A stretch of DNA of 64,000 bases from Octopus vulgaris (taxonomy: Eukaryota), in the NCBI GenBank assembly GCA_951406725.2, contig OX597829.1, positions 20,894,001-20,958,000 on the forward strand. Reading direction: 5' to 3'. The position numbers and the translations under genes were made by a program. This document shows positions 27,001 through 39,892 of the stretch, in pieces. The first letter of the stretch is position 1. Each line of letters starts with the position of its first letter. The notes beneath the pieces were generated by a model. It was not told the DNA's origin. It searched no databases and worked only from the letters and a program-made list of their open reading frames with translations.

Positions 27001-27930
27001 GACTAGGTGGCTGGTAGGTTTCCTGAAGTTAGTATTGCAAACCATAAGATCATTTGCACCGCAGAACTCCAGCAGCCTGGTTCCCTCCTCGTTGCAGGAA
27101 CCATAACCATAGCCTCCATGCACACCATGGAAGCCCCCAGCATGTTGTCCAACATGCCCATTGAAGTCACCTGCCACAAAGAGGTCTCTGTCGTTCGTCA
27201 ACGAGGTAGTCTGCAGTAGGGTGTCATAGAATCGGTCTTTCTGTCCATCGGGTAGCCACGGCTGAGGGGCATAGGCCGATATAATGGTTACTAATCCATG
27301 ATGAAGCACTAATCTAATTGTAAGTATTGTCGCATACTCTGATTACCTCAATTACCTTATCTACCCATTTTTTCAGTGAGAAGTATACCCACACCCCCAA
27401 CCCCATCAGTGTTCCCTGCCCAGAAAATCTTATACCTGTATTCTTTGCCTGTGAGGAACCTAGCAGAACCTCCTCTCCACCTCAAATCTTGGATGCAACA
27501 TATATCAACACATCTCCGTTCAAGCATCTCAACAATCTCACCAGACCTACCTTGCAGTGTGCTAACGTTGAGGGTGCTAACCCTGAGGGTGTGGGAGGTA
27601 TGGGCCCTAGAGACCCTGGGATGGTGAACAATAACTTCATGTACCTGAAAAGAAAACTCGCATTTGGCAGAATTCATGAGCAAGCAATACAGTAGCCTTC
27701 AGTTCAACCTGCATAACACTACCCTTTCATATTTTGCACTATATGAACATTACCTTACATAGGAGATAGACCGAGACTGGAGGTGGGGATGGCAAAAGGA
27801 CTTTTGCAGTGTTCATGGGAGGCAACCCAAAGATGGCAAAGGATAGGAACTTCCGGTACAGGTGGAGGGGATGCACCTCTAAGTAGGAAGAGGGTCTGCT
27901 AATCGTGGTTTCATGAGCGACCAAAAAAAG
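24077..27930 (-). mobile_element. RTE-type non-LTR retrotransposon, near full length including 5' region, inactivated
   Basis: TLNVSTLQGR...DICCIQD, AYAPQ, AGDFNGHVG, NYRGIKLL, FVDMEKAFNRVP, LLYADDLAL, RGRPRKTW. Same family as 8606-11980 in the opposite orientation. Confidence 0.95.
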
Positions 27931-28125
27931 GTTTGAAAACTATGAGAAAGACAAAATTTAGGGAATAGAGAAGTGGCTGTGTGATAAGACTTTAATCAAT
28001 GAATATAAGGTTATCTTCGGGAGCAACAAGGAAGACAAGACTATCGAAAAGTATATTTACATGATGGCATCTTACTGAACTAGACAATTTATATATATAT
28101 GTCTGTGTGTGTGTGTGTATGTATA

Positions 28126-28163
<38 letters not shown>

Positions 28164-28239
28164 TATGTGTATATATATATATACATACATATATACATGT
28201 AGACACCATGAAGGAATGTAGACACCAACTTGCAGTCCC

Positions 28240-29790
28240 TCTACCAACCTCTGGAGAAATTCGTTAGACTCAGGTCATATACCGAAACAGCTTCTATCCC
28301 AGTCTGTCATCCTGGTTTTCAAACAGGGAAACAGATACCTCGCACTCAACTATCGCCCAATCTCACTCACCTCCCACATCATTAAAGTGTTTGAAAGAGT
28401 GTTAAGATCAAGGATAGCTGACTTCCTGGAGACCCACAAACTCCTAAATGCAAATCAGCATGGCTTTCGCTGTGGCAGAGACTGTCTAATACAGCTCTTA
28501 CACCACATTGAGGTAAACTTAAAGCCTTGGGAAGAGGTTCAAACTCTGATGTCATATATCTTGACTTCAGTAAAGCGTTCGACAGGGTTGACCATAATAT
28601 CCTACTCTCAAAATTGGCAAATGTTGGAATTCGTGGAAAACTTCTACACTGGATTAAGTATTTCCTGACGAATAGAACACAACATGTAATCGATGGAGGC
28701 CACTCAAGCCCAGCAAAAGTCACCAGCGGTGTCCCCCAGGGGACTGTTTTGGGCCCACTACTCTTCATAATTTACATAAATGACCTTTCCAGTGTCGTAC
28801 ATTACTGCAAAGTGAAAATATTTGCTGATGACACTAAGCTCCAGCAAATCGTCAATGACAAAGCAGACCAAACTCAACTTCAGTCTGATCTATATGCTGT
28901 GAGGCAATGGGCAGACAAAAACGAAATGCAACTGAACGAGGGAAAATTTGAGCTGATGCATTTTGGAAGAAATTCCTCACTAAAACAGCCATACTCTCCT
29001 CCTTCAGGGGAACCGCTCACAGCCTCTAACAATATCAGAGACCTGGGCGTAATTGTTGATGACTATCTCAGTTGGAGTGCCCACATCAACAATAAGGTTG
29101 ATATAGCTCATAGGATGAGCTCCTGGATCTTAAGAACTTTCCGGTCCAGAGAACAAGGTGACATCATACCACTTTTCTCCTCCTTTGTACGGCCACACCT
29201 CAAATACTGCTGCCCACTGTGGTCTCCCCATACAAGACAAAACATCTCGAGGATTGAATCACCCCAGAGGGCACTCACTAAACAAACTGAAGGCATGACT
29301 GCTCTCGATTATTGGGACCGCCTTAAAGCCATGAAACTCTACTCTCTCCAGTGCCACCGTGAGTGGTACATCATTTGTACGATGTGGAGAATATACCGCC
29401 AACTTTGCCCAAACGACCTGAACATTAGTTTCAAGGTTCATCCAAGGCTGGGACCACTATATGCTGTGATCTAATTCAGGATCACAGCATATAGGTACAC
29501 TGCAACTTAATTTCTTTTCTTCAACAGGCCCTTCCCTGTTTAACATTGTCCCAAAAGAGATCAAAGAGGAAAAAGATCCCATCACCTTTAAACAGAGTCT
29601 GGACAGATTTCCTCAAGGAATACCAGATAAGCCACCCATAACTGGATACAGCTCACTCAACAAGAACTCACTACTTGAATGGACCATAAACAAAACTTGA
29701 CTTAAACAGGATTTAGATAATCCTATCAGGTGGTGCTATTAAGTTAGACATGGCCTGGACCAATCTTTGATCGAAACATATCTAAGTTTT
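28240..29790 (+). mobile_element. 5'-truncated CR1-like LINE (RT and 3' end)
   Basis: NYRPISLTSHIIKVFER, QHGFR, DVIYLDFSKAFDRVDH, SGVPQGTVLGPLLFIIYINDL, FADDTKL, RDLGV, YCCPLWSP; one frameshift near 28530. Confidence 0.93.
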
Positions 29791-29879
29791 ATATATATAT
29801 CTATATATATATACATACATACAAATGTTTATACACATATCACACACACAGTGCTTCCAGACATCAGGTAGATCTTCTT

Positions 29880-30210
29880 GAGGACATCATATTGCAAACC
29901 ATCTTTCAGTCCTTTGTCATTTCTTCTGTGCAGCTTAGAGTCCTGAGATCAGCCTTCACAACATCATCCCAGGTCTTCCTTATCTACAGGTTCTGACCAC
30001 ATTTAGTGATTGGCACTTCTTTATACAGCTGTCTTCATCCATACACATCACAAGTCCATTTCAGCAGAGTCTTATTTCTTGCACACTATAACTGATTCCT
30101 CTTATGCTCAGTATTTTTCTTAGCACATTTATACTATGTTGTTAGTGTATACTTATACTGCCCATCCAGTAGAGCGCACTCCATTTTTGTTTCAGCCTTC
30201 TTATGTCCTC
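29880..30210 (-). mobile_element. Decayed RTE 3' ORF fragment
   Basis: catcatcccaggtcttcct and tgcacactata resemble 24750-24900. Confidence 0.55.
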
Positions 30211-31057
30211 TGCATTTACTATTTATTGTACTTTATTGATTTTTAAAATAAGGTTTTTTTTATAGTATATGTTTTCTATATGGTGTGAATAACATCTTTT
30301 GTTTATTGAATTATTTAATGGTGGTTTTTCTCTAAATTATATACATATATTATATATTGTGAAATTTCATTTAAAATTGTTAAGTTGAATTTTTCCCTGC
30401 AAGTTTGGATTTATATTCCCTACTATTATTATTATATATCTATATACACACACAGACATATCTAAATACATACACACATTATATAAGTTACCTGTCTTAC
30501 ATGCATATATATATATATGTGCATACACATGCATGTATATACATACATAGACATATGCTGAAGAGTGACATTCATTCATTGAATCTTGCGTGACAATGTG
30601 CACACAGGGATTCAACCCAGCTTCCATTTGGCAGACATGGTCAAAGCTACAACACTTGAATTGTCTGCCTCCTGGTATCACTGGCTGAGTTGTGACCTCA
30701 TGTATTTTGCCCTGCTCGATCAGGTAGCCAGCTGATTCATACATTTAGTCACACTCATTACAATTGCACCATGGAAGACATAGCAGTGGAATCATCTTGC
30801 AAAGTGCTTGACTAATCCAGCTATTGAGAGAGAAGAAATCATCCATACACATGGCACTTCAATTCCAGCTGGATTTTTGTAGGCATTACACTTGAGTCTT
30901 GCTTATGGAATGCATGCTTCTGAGGAGCATTCTCCACTCACCTTTGTTTATATACACAACTATTCTTAATAATCTTTCTCCATAATGCACGGTTTTCAGT
31001 CAACACCTCCCAATTATCTACATCTACTTCCAAAGTTTTATTGTTGTCTTTTAATAG

Positions 31058-31310
31058 AAGGCATATGGCTCAGTGGTTACAGCAGCGTTTCTCAACCAAG
31101 GTTCCCCGGAACCAGAGGATTCCACAAAAGTTTCCTAGGGATTCCATGAGAAAGAGTGAGATAGGCTAATGCTAATTTCATGATTGTTATATTACTATAT
31201 ATGCACAACATATTATTGATTGTTGTAATATTGTAATATAAATATCATCCTATCTAACCTATTATGTTATCAAAAAAATATAACAACTATATGTATGTGT
31301 GTGTGTGTAT

Positions 31311-31349
<39 letters not shown>

Positions 31350-31710
31350 ATGATATTCACCACATGAACTACGATGAAAAAATATGAGAAAGATATGGTG
31401 TGTAATTTTTGTTTGTGCAAGGGTTCCTTGGTGAGGTTGTGAACTTTATTCCTGGACCTGGCTGTGTGTTGTTCTTGAGCAAGACACTTTATGTCATGTT
31501 GCTCCAGTTCACTCATCTGTAGAAATGAGTTGCAATGTTATTAGTGCCAAGCTGTATCGACCTTTGCCCTTTCCCTTAGACAATGGTGGCGTGGAGAGTG
31601 GAGGTTGGTATGCAAGTGCAACTGCTGGTCTTCCATAAGCAACCTTGCCGGGGTTTGTGCTTCGGAAGGAAACTTTCTAGGTATAATCCCATGGTCATTC
31701 ATGACCGAAG
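31058..31710 (+). mobile_element. SINE family B interrupted by a hAT-type MITE fragment and microsatellite
   Basis: SINE head at 31058-31083 and body at 31430-31710; the insert starts with cagcgtttctcaacc (Charlie-like TIR). Confidence 0.6.
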
Positions 31711-31719
31711 GAGATTTTT

Positions 31720-33000
31720 ACCATTTTACCCCGTCTTTTACCACGTCCCTAAATCGTCTCCTTGGTTTATGCTGTGGCCTTTTCCCTCCTGTCAGCCCCC
31801 CATAAAAAATCTGTTTAGGCATCCCATCCTTCCATCCTCCATTCTGACAAGATGATCAACCCAACACATCTAGTTCTGCCTGCTTTCTCGAGTATGGTAT
31901 CATCAGGTGTGTAAGAGAACGACTTGGTGTTTGGGATGTGTTGCATACAATACTGATGATCCATCAACTGCTTGATATAATACCTGTAGGTTGTTCACAT
32001 TTTGCAATCTCATAGCAGGCCTGTAAGAACATGGACCTCATATGAGTCACTGGCATGGATGCTTATGTGGCACTGGTATGGTCGCTTGATTCTAATCGCC
32101 AGGAGTCTCAATCACTTGTCATCTCCTCAGTGAGGATCAATATCTGAAGATCCTTTCTCTCTACTTAGTCCCACATCTTGTGATAATCTGATCTGACCAG
32201 ACTTACTTCTTGGAAGTTTTCCCACAATTAACACCAGCTTTTGCAATCCTGTGATTTATTTTGCCATCAAGAATACCATTTCTACCAAGCATACTTCCAG
32301 GATACACAGAGCTGTTCATCACTTTGTCTTTTTCTTCCCACGAAGACATCAAGTACTATGTATGCTTCCCCAACTACTGGGGTGTGTACATAATCTTTAC
32401 CTTTTGTATGCAAATATTGAGTCCAAATACTGTGCATACATTGTAGATGGGCACTATCATTTGCATGCCCTCTACTGAGTGAGCCATAAGATCCCTATCA
32501 TCAGTATATAGGGCGTTCTCTGACAAAAATGCCAAATATTTTTGATTTGGTATTGAAACATCTTACGATTAAATGTTTCTAGGTTGCATGTAAACACTGA
32601 TTTCACAGTCCTGAAAGGTATGTATTAGTATTACAGCAAATTATATGGAGAATAGAAATGAGTACTAGTATGTCACCTTGTTTGACACTGCTTTCCACAG
32701 AAATTGGTTCTGAGAGTGTCCCATAGAGTTCATCTTTGCTCCCATATTGTGATAAAGCTCCTTGAATATCCCAACAAATCCAGGAAGGCATCCAACTTCC
32801 CCAATATGACCCACAATGCACTACAATTAACAGAGTTGATAAGGTCCACAAATACCTAGTACAGTGACACTCACCAGCCAAAGCACTTCTCCATAAGCTT
32901 ATGGACTGAGAAAATTAGGTTCATAGAACCAGGTCTAATCCTGAATTAATTTTGAGTCTCAGGGATGACTCCAAGACAGATCATATTTTGTAGATTGATT
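31720..33000 (-). mobile_element. Very decayed RTE-like LINE fragment
   Basis: SEPISVESSVKQGDIL-like RT motif on the minus strand. Confidence 0.4.
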
Positions 33001-33271
33001 CAATAAAACCTAAGATAGAAGTTATCTGATGGATGGATGGATATATATACACACATATACATACATATCTATTTTATATATCATCATCATCATCGTTTAA
33101 CGTCCGTTCTCCATGCTACCATGGGTTGGACGGTTCGACCGGGGATCTGGGAAGCCAGAAGGCTGCACCAGGCTCCAGTCTTACCTGGCAATGTTTCTAC
33201 AGCTGGATGCCCTTCCTAACGCCAACCACTCCGTGAGTGTAGTGGGTGCTTTTTACGTGCCACCTGCACAG

Positions 33272-33273
<2 letters not shown>

Positions 33274-33313
<40 letters not shown>

Positions 33314-33334
33314 CATATTTACATGTATACATAC

Positions 33335-33383
<49 letters not shown>

Positions 33384-34510
33384 CATATTTACATGTATAC
33401 ATACATATATATACACATACATATTTACATGTATACATACATATATATACACATACATATTTACATGTATACATACATATATATACACATACATATTTAC
33501 ATGTATACATACATATATATACAAATACATATCCACATGTATACATATACAGATATACATATCTACATATATATATATATATATACACACACATATCTAC
33601 ATATATATATATACACACATATCTACATATATATATATACACACATATCTACATATATATATATACACACATATCTACATATATATATATACACACATAT
33701 CTACATATATATATATACACACATATCTACATATATATATATACACACATATCTACATATATATATATACACACATATCTACATATATATATATACACAC
33801 ATATCTACATATATATATATACACACATATCTACATATATATATATACACACATATCTACATATATATATACACACACATATCTACATATATATATACAC
33901 ACACATATCTACATATATATATACACACACATATCTACATATATATATACACACACATATCTACATATATATATACACACACATATCTACATATATATAT
34001 ATACAAACATATCTATATATATATATACACACATATCTACATATATATATATACACATATATCTACATCATCATCATCATCGTTTAACGTCCGTTTTCCG
34101 CGCTAGCACGGGTTGGACGGTTTCAACCGATACACACACACAAATATCTACACATATCTACACATATATATATACACACACAAATATCTACACATATATA
34201 TATATACACACAAATATCTACATACATATATGTATACACACAAATATCTACATACATATATGTATACACACAAATATCTACATACATATATGTATACACA
34301 CAAATATCTACATACATATATGTATACACACAAATATCTACATACATATATGTATACACACAAATATCTACATATATATACACAAATATCTACATCTATA
34401 TACACACACAAATATCTACATATATATACATATATATATATATCAGACATTAAACGATGATGATATAATACATACACACACATATTACATGCATACATAT
34501 ACACACACAT
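33274..34510. repeat. Compound AT/AC minisatellite (36-bp, 26-bp and 30-bp units) interleaved with RTE tails
   Basis: Units atatttacatgtatacatacatatatatacacatac, acacatatctacatatatatatatac and tgtatacacacaaatatctacatacatata. RTE 3' tails at about 33080-33270, 34068-34130 and 34560-34800. Confidence 0.9.
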
Positions 34511-35164
34511 ATCTACTTGCATACATGCATATATATAAAAACACATATATCTACATGCATCATCATCATTAAACACCCATGTTCCATGTTGGCATGGGCT
34601 GGACGGTTTGACAGGAGCTAGCCAGCTGAAGAACTGCCCAGGCTCCATGTTTGTTTTAGCACGGTTTGTATGACTCGATGCCCAGAGTGTACTGGGTGCT
34701 TTTTTGCAGCATTGGCATGGATGCTTTATTGACACTGGCATGGGTACTCTTTACATGGCACCAACACTTGTGGGCCCACGAGATTAGGATTACTCAGCTG
34801 AAGAGAGATATCAGGGGACATGTCTGTGTGCAAAGACAACTGTTTTCACTTAGGACAACTACATTTTCACAAAGACATACACACATCTATCTCTTTTACT
34901 TGTTTCAGTCATTTGACTGAACCGCTTTTTTGCAGAACCGCTAAGTGACACCAGCATCGGTTGTCAAGCAATGCTAGGGGGACAAACACAGACACACATA
35001 TATACGACAGGCTTCTTTCAGTTTCTGTCTACCAAATCCACTCACAAGGCATTGGTCGGCCCGGGGCTATAGCAGAAGACACTTGCCCAAGGTGCCATGC
35101 AGTGGGACTGAACCCGGAACCATGTGGTTGGTTAGCAAGCTACTTACCACACAGCCACTCCTGC

Positions 35165-35206
<42 letters not shown>

Positions 35207-35662
35207 TTGCAAATATATACACATGCATATCTAAAGAACCAAGACATCTAGTGCCTTGTTGCATTCAAGAAGAACCATCCACCACAGCAGGACTGATACT
35301 GGTGCTGATACCATGTAAAAAGCATTGGTGATGATGCCACCTAAAAAGCACTGGTGATAGTAACATCTAAAAAGCTCCTAGTACACTCTGTGAAATGATT
35401 GGCGTTACGAAGGGCATCCAGCCATATAAACCGTGCTAGGTCAGACAATGGAGCCTAGTGCTCCTCTCAAACCGTCCAACTCGTGACAACAAGGAAAAAT
35501 AAATATATATATATTACACGCGCACACAGACATACATAAATATAATATACACGTACATATATCTATACACACACACACACACACAGATACATATATGTAG
35601 ATGTGTGTGTGCGTGTGTATTTATATATATATATATATATATCGTCGAGTTAATCCGAAAGA

Positions 35663-35699
<37 letters not shown>

Positions 35700-36554
35700 T
35701 CCCATACATATACATTTATGTATGTATGTATGCATGCATGCATGCATTTTTGGATGGATATATAATGCATTCAACTGCATCAATTAATGATTGAGAAAAT
35801 GAAACCGAATATTTCATTATTTTTTCCCCCTTTTAGTTATTTCTCTTGGCTGCGTTTTCACTTCTTCACTTGAATAGATAAAATTTGATTCATGGGTGCC
35901 CTTAAAGAAGATGACAATTTTCCATCTTCTCACAAACAGAAAATATACTAATAATAAAAGTTCCGTCCTGAAAAAGAAGATATGGGGGGGGATTTTCTCT
36001 CTCTTGTCTTATTTTCTGGTATTCGCGGTGCAAAATTCCTACAATTCCCAGAAAGTGATGGACAGATATATATATATATTTTTGGGGGGGGGGGGGATTT
36101 TTAAAACACATGTATATATATATATATATATATATATAATCTTATGTAATTCTAAAAGTACCATGTTCCGTTTTTTTTTATTTCAATTTCTTCAAAGTAT
36201 GCAACCAAATAAAGAATTATAAAATAATTTCTATATTCCCAATAGAACGTCCATTGCCTCAAACAATTTCTCGATAGAAGAATTAATCTATAAACCCAAT
36301 GAAACGAACAAAAAATACAGTATAATTAATTGTATGACGGAGGCGAAGTGAGTGAACCGAGAGAGAGTAAAGCCGACATCACATAATTAAACACACAATA
36401 ACATACATATATATTTATAACTTAAAAATTGAATAAAAACCAACAAAAAACGAAATGCAATCTCAAATTGGTTGCGTTTGGGTTTTGGTTAACATGTTAA
36501 AACAACCATACAAGTGATTTAAAGCCAGTTATTATTCAAGATAAAGACACTTAC

Positions 36555-36586
36555 CAGCCTTTCTCCGAAAGCACACTATTCGCCAT
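36555..36586 (-). CDS. TDRD3: TDRD3 coding exon 1 (MANSVLSEKG-W)
   Basis: ATG at 36586 in AAAATGGCG context, followed by a GTAAGT donor. Phase 2 matches exon 2, and TG+G gives the conserved Trp of the GW motif. Confidence 0.82.
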
Positions 36587-36760
36587 TTTTTTAAAAACAA
36601 TCCCTCAACACACGAATTATCGAAATTCTCATTGGATCACTTTTCAGTTAGAAAGTCTCTCTTCGAAGATACTTTGCAGCAAAACTTGCTTTGCATGCCG
36701 TCATATGCTCACTTTCGGATACTTATTATATTTTCCCGACAATTTTTTTTTTTTTTTGTT
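36575..36760 (-). promoter_or_regulatory. Probable TDRD3 core promoter / 5' UTR
   Basis: YY1-like AAAATGGCG overlapping the start codon, CCAAT on the minus strand at 36631-36635, locally CpG-richer unique sequence. Confidence 0.45.
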
Positions 36761-37071
36761 GGAAAATTGTTAATATATATCGTTATTAATATTATTATAG
36801 TTCATTAATTAACTAAATAATAATAAATATACTTTTCAAACATATTTCGTTTTTCGCATAATTTTTTTTTTTTTTTTCCTTGAATTTTATAAACTACGAT
36901 GTTTGCTATAATTTTATTGTCATTATACTTATATTTCCGACTTTATTTAATTTTGCATTTTATAAATAGTAAAAGTAATAATAATAATCTAAGTGTTAAA
37001 GGCCACGTTGTGTAAGAGTGAGAGAGAGAGAGAGAAAGACAAAGAGGGGGTATTGTGCGCGTGTGTGAGTG

Positions 37072-37118
<47 letters not shown>

Positions 37119-38835
37119 TGCGTGTGTGTATAGAAAAACTTCAGCCCGATAATTGCATGATTGGTTTTCAAATTCTCAAATTATTCTATATATATATATT
37201 TTTTTTTTTACTCATACTATATTCCTTAGTTTTGAGAATACTCAATCGTTTCTAATTTAGGTTTGCCAACCTAGCACCTCACACCTCAAGCAGTAGAAAT
37301 TATTCGATCTTTAGATTATTTTCGAGGACGCCTGACATAATTTGTTTTCTTGCAATATACTGATCTACTACTTAATAGAGGGTGAAGGGGAAATGTAAAT
37401 GACATTAAATAAAACACACGCTGCGTTGTCAGATAAATTCGTTCGTTTGGAGGAGTTTCCTCAACAATTTTAACAAATCAGTCAATATATTCTTCAGTGT
37501 TCACGTCTTCTTGGCAACATTTAACTATCTTGTCAATTGCCTAAACGGTAGAAATCACCTGGTCTTGATTCAAAAGAATTTATCGAGTTATATTTTCAGC
37601 TCCGATTCGTTGCCGAATGCGTAGTATTTTTGGTCAGATAAACGATGTGGGGTTGAGCAATGTTGCCGGTTGGGTTTACGTGAAACTTTACCCAGCAAAT
37701 GAAGGTGACGAGCGACGGTATCACGAGATCATCTCATCTCCTTGAAGCGCGAAAACCAATTCTGAGCTGTTCTTTCAGTAGTAGCGCCTTATCAGTACAT
37801 GATACAAATGTCTCGAACGGCCGGTTTCGGTAGCCTTCAGGCCCTGATTTAAAGTGAAGGGAAGCATGTGTCGAAAAAAGCATCATGTATCGAAAATGTT
37901 CGGGTTTTTTTTTTCCTATTTTGCACTCTATCTTCATATGTTTGCAAAGAGGTGAAATTTATTCAAATTTCAAAAACGATAAAAAAAAAAGTTGTAATGG
38001 AAGAATATAGTTACAAAAACACCCCGATCATGTATTTTTTAGAGTTCAAATAATTTTAGAAAGAAACGAACGAATTCATCAGACAACCAAATGCATAAAT
38101 AAGTTTTAGATGGCATATTATATGTTACCTCATTTCCCAATTTTCTACAGACATTGGAAGGAAATCTGGTGAGTCCAAATGGGCATTTTTGAGAATGAAA
38201 CGTGGAAAAGATGGGCCTTCCTCTGAAAACCTAAAAATGAACGGTTTCACAATACAACTTCTACAGTCAGGTGACAATTATAGGTGTCTTGAACATGAAG
38301 AGAATGTCAGATATGATGGACCCATCAATAAGGAGATGGCCACAAAGAAATACCTCTCTTAACATGAAACCAATGGTTAACCCATAAATAAAATATGTGT
38401 GTGTATATATATAGGAAAGTGATGACCCTACCTGACACGAGTCCCAGGTTCAGCTGGCTCCAGCTGACAGTACCTGGTATGGGCCTCTATCCAGGGTTAC
38501 AGGAAGGGGACAGCCTTCAAAGAAATCCGGAGTGGAGCCCCGTAAGTGGTTTAGAGTTTGACATGACACTCTTCCGGCAGCTTCTGCAACCAAGCTGGTG
38601 CCAAACGTAATGCTCTGCACTCCTTTGGACTACGTTAGCAAGGTCAAGAGAGGAATCCTGATGATTGGGTTGCCCAGGATTCTCTTACATTTAGCCCAGG
38701 TCTGCACAAAACTGGAGAGGAAACAGGAGAGGACATGAAATGTAAAAACCAGATTGGATTAGTTTATATGCAACTCCATTGTCTCTTGAGACAAAAGGAT
38801 GCCAACAATAGGAAAAAGAAGAAAATGGTGATTTT

Positions 38836-39172
38836 GAAGTTAATAAGAATTTATTATCAGTAACAAATCGATCATTATCCCTTACAGTTGTTACAATTAT
38901 ACACAGTGAAATTAATTAAATATCAAATTTATATTTATAATCTCTTCAGGGGGAAAAAATATACCCTTAGATGTTATGTATATTTGTTTATAGATTCTGT
39001 GATGAAATTGCAAACAAACATTCATAACACCCAAGGATATATTTTTTCCCTCTGAAGATATTATGCTCAGGTCATATGAATTTAATATTTAATTAATTTA
39101 CTGAGTATTAATTGAAACAGCTGTAAAGGATAATGATTGATTTGTTGTTGATAATAAACATTTATTAACTTC
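38836..39172. mobile_element. Fold-back element with a hammerhead core in each arm (Penelope-like terminal-repeat dimer)
   Basis: Imperfect inverted repeat. Right arm: CTGAAGA 39052-39058 ... GAAAC 39114-39118 agct GTA. Left arm carries a degenerate reverse copy. Confidence 0.65.
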
Positions 39173-39848
39173 CCAATCTCTGTTTTCTTTTTCTTTATTT
39201 GAATATAAAGTACATGTTTTTATATATACACCTATTATTTTCAGGAAATCAATTCCCCCAAGATATTAGGTATTGAACCAGTATTTCCTTGGATGACACC
39301 ATCCCTTCAAGAGACTAACATAACCTCTAATTGAATTATGTATATGTATATATATATGTATTTAAAAGGGTAAAGAGCCCCTTCAGCCATGAGTGACCAT
39401 GAGATTGCACCTAGAAAGTTACCCTCTGAGGCACAAGTCCAAGTAAGGTTGTTTATGGAAGACCAGCAGTCACCCATGCATACCAACTTCTTCTCTCCAT
39501 GCCACTGACGTTATCCAAGGGAAAGGCAAAGGCCAATACAGTTTGGCACCAGTGACACCGCAACTCATTTCTACAGCTAAGTGAACTGAAGCAATCTGAA
39601 ATAAAGTGTCTTGCTCAAGAACAAAACACACTGCTTGGTTGAGCATAATTACATAATTGCATTGTTAAGTAACAATCCAATGTATTTCATTCACAAAATC
39701 GATTGGTAAGACCAACCATGATGGATACTTAATACTATAAAATTCAGATATTATACCCACTCTACTAACAGTTATACGAGCACGTCTTCTCCATGACTTA
39801 TGGTCTCTTAGACGACTCATGCATATGTGTGTGTATACCGTATATACC

Positions 39849-39892
<44 letters not shown>

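Larger units (their letters stand above)
311..36586 (-). other. TDRD3: TDRD3 (Tudor domain-containing protein 3) gene span, coding exons 1-7; 3' part (UBA/Tudor) lies beyond the left edge
   Basis: Exons of 32+82+66+161+142+103+137 = 723 nt join in phase to give [99 protein letters not shown]...SLNTPPGSKV...EGGPPPFIPFG...KTFGGNKQ. This is collinear with the vertebrate TDRD3 N-terminus as I recall it ([45 protein letters not shown]). Confidence 0.93.

Noticed and set aside
28527-29474. 315-aa RT ORF as an active or domesticated gene
   Set aside because: 5'-truncated, frameshifted near 28530, and prematurely terminated CR1-like copy.
33113-34741. Long ORFs (324, 237 and 197 aa) rich in Y/I/H/T
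   Set aside because: Translations of AT/AC minisatellite that lack stops by composition; not genes.
38400-38810. Possible HDV-like ribozyme or LINE 5' leader
   Set aside because: GC-richer and repeat-like, but I could not build the nested double pseudoknot by eye.
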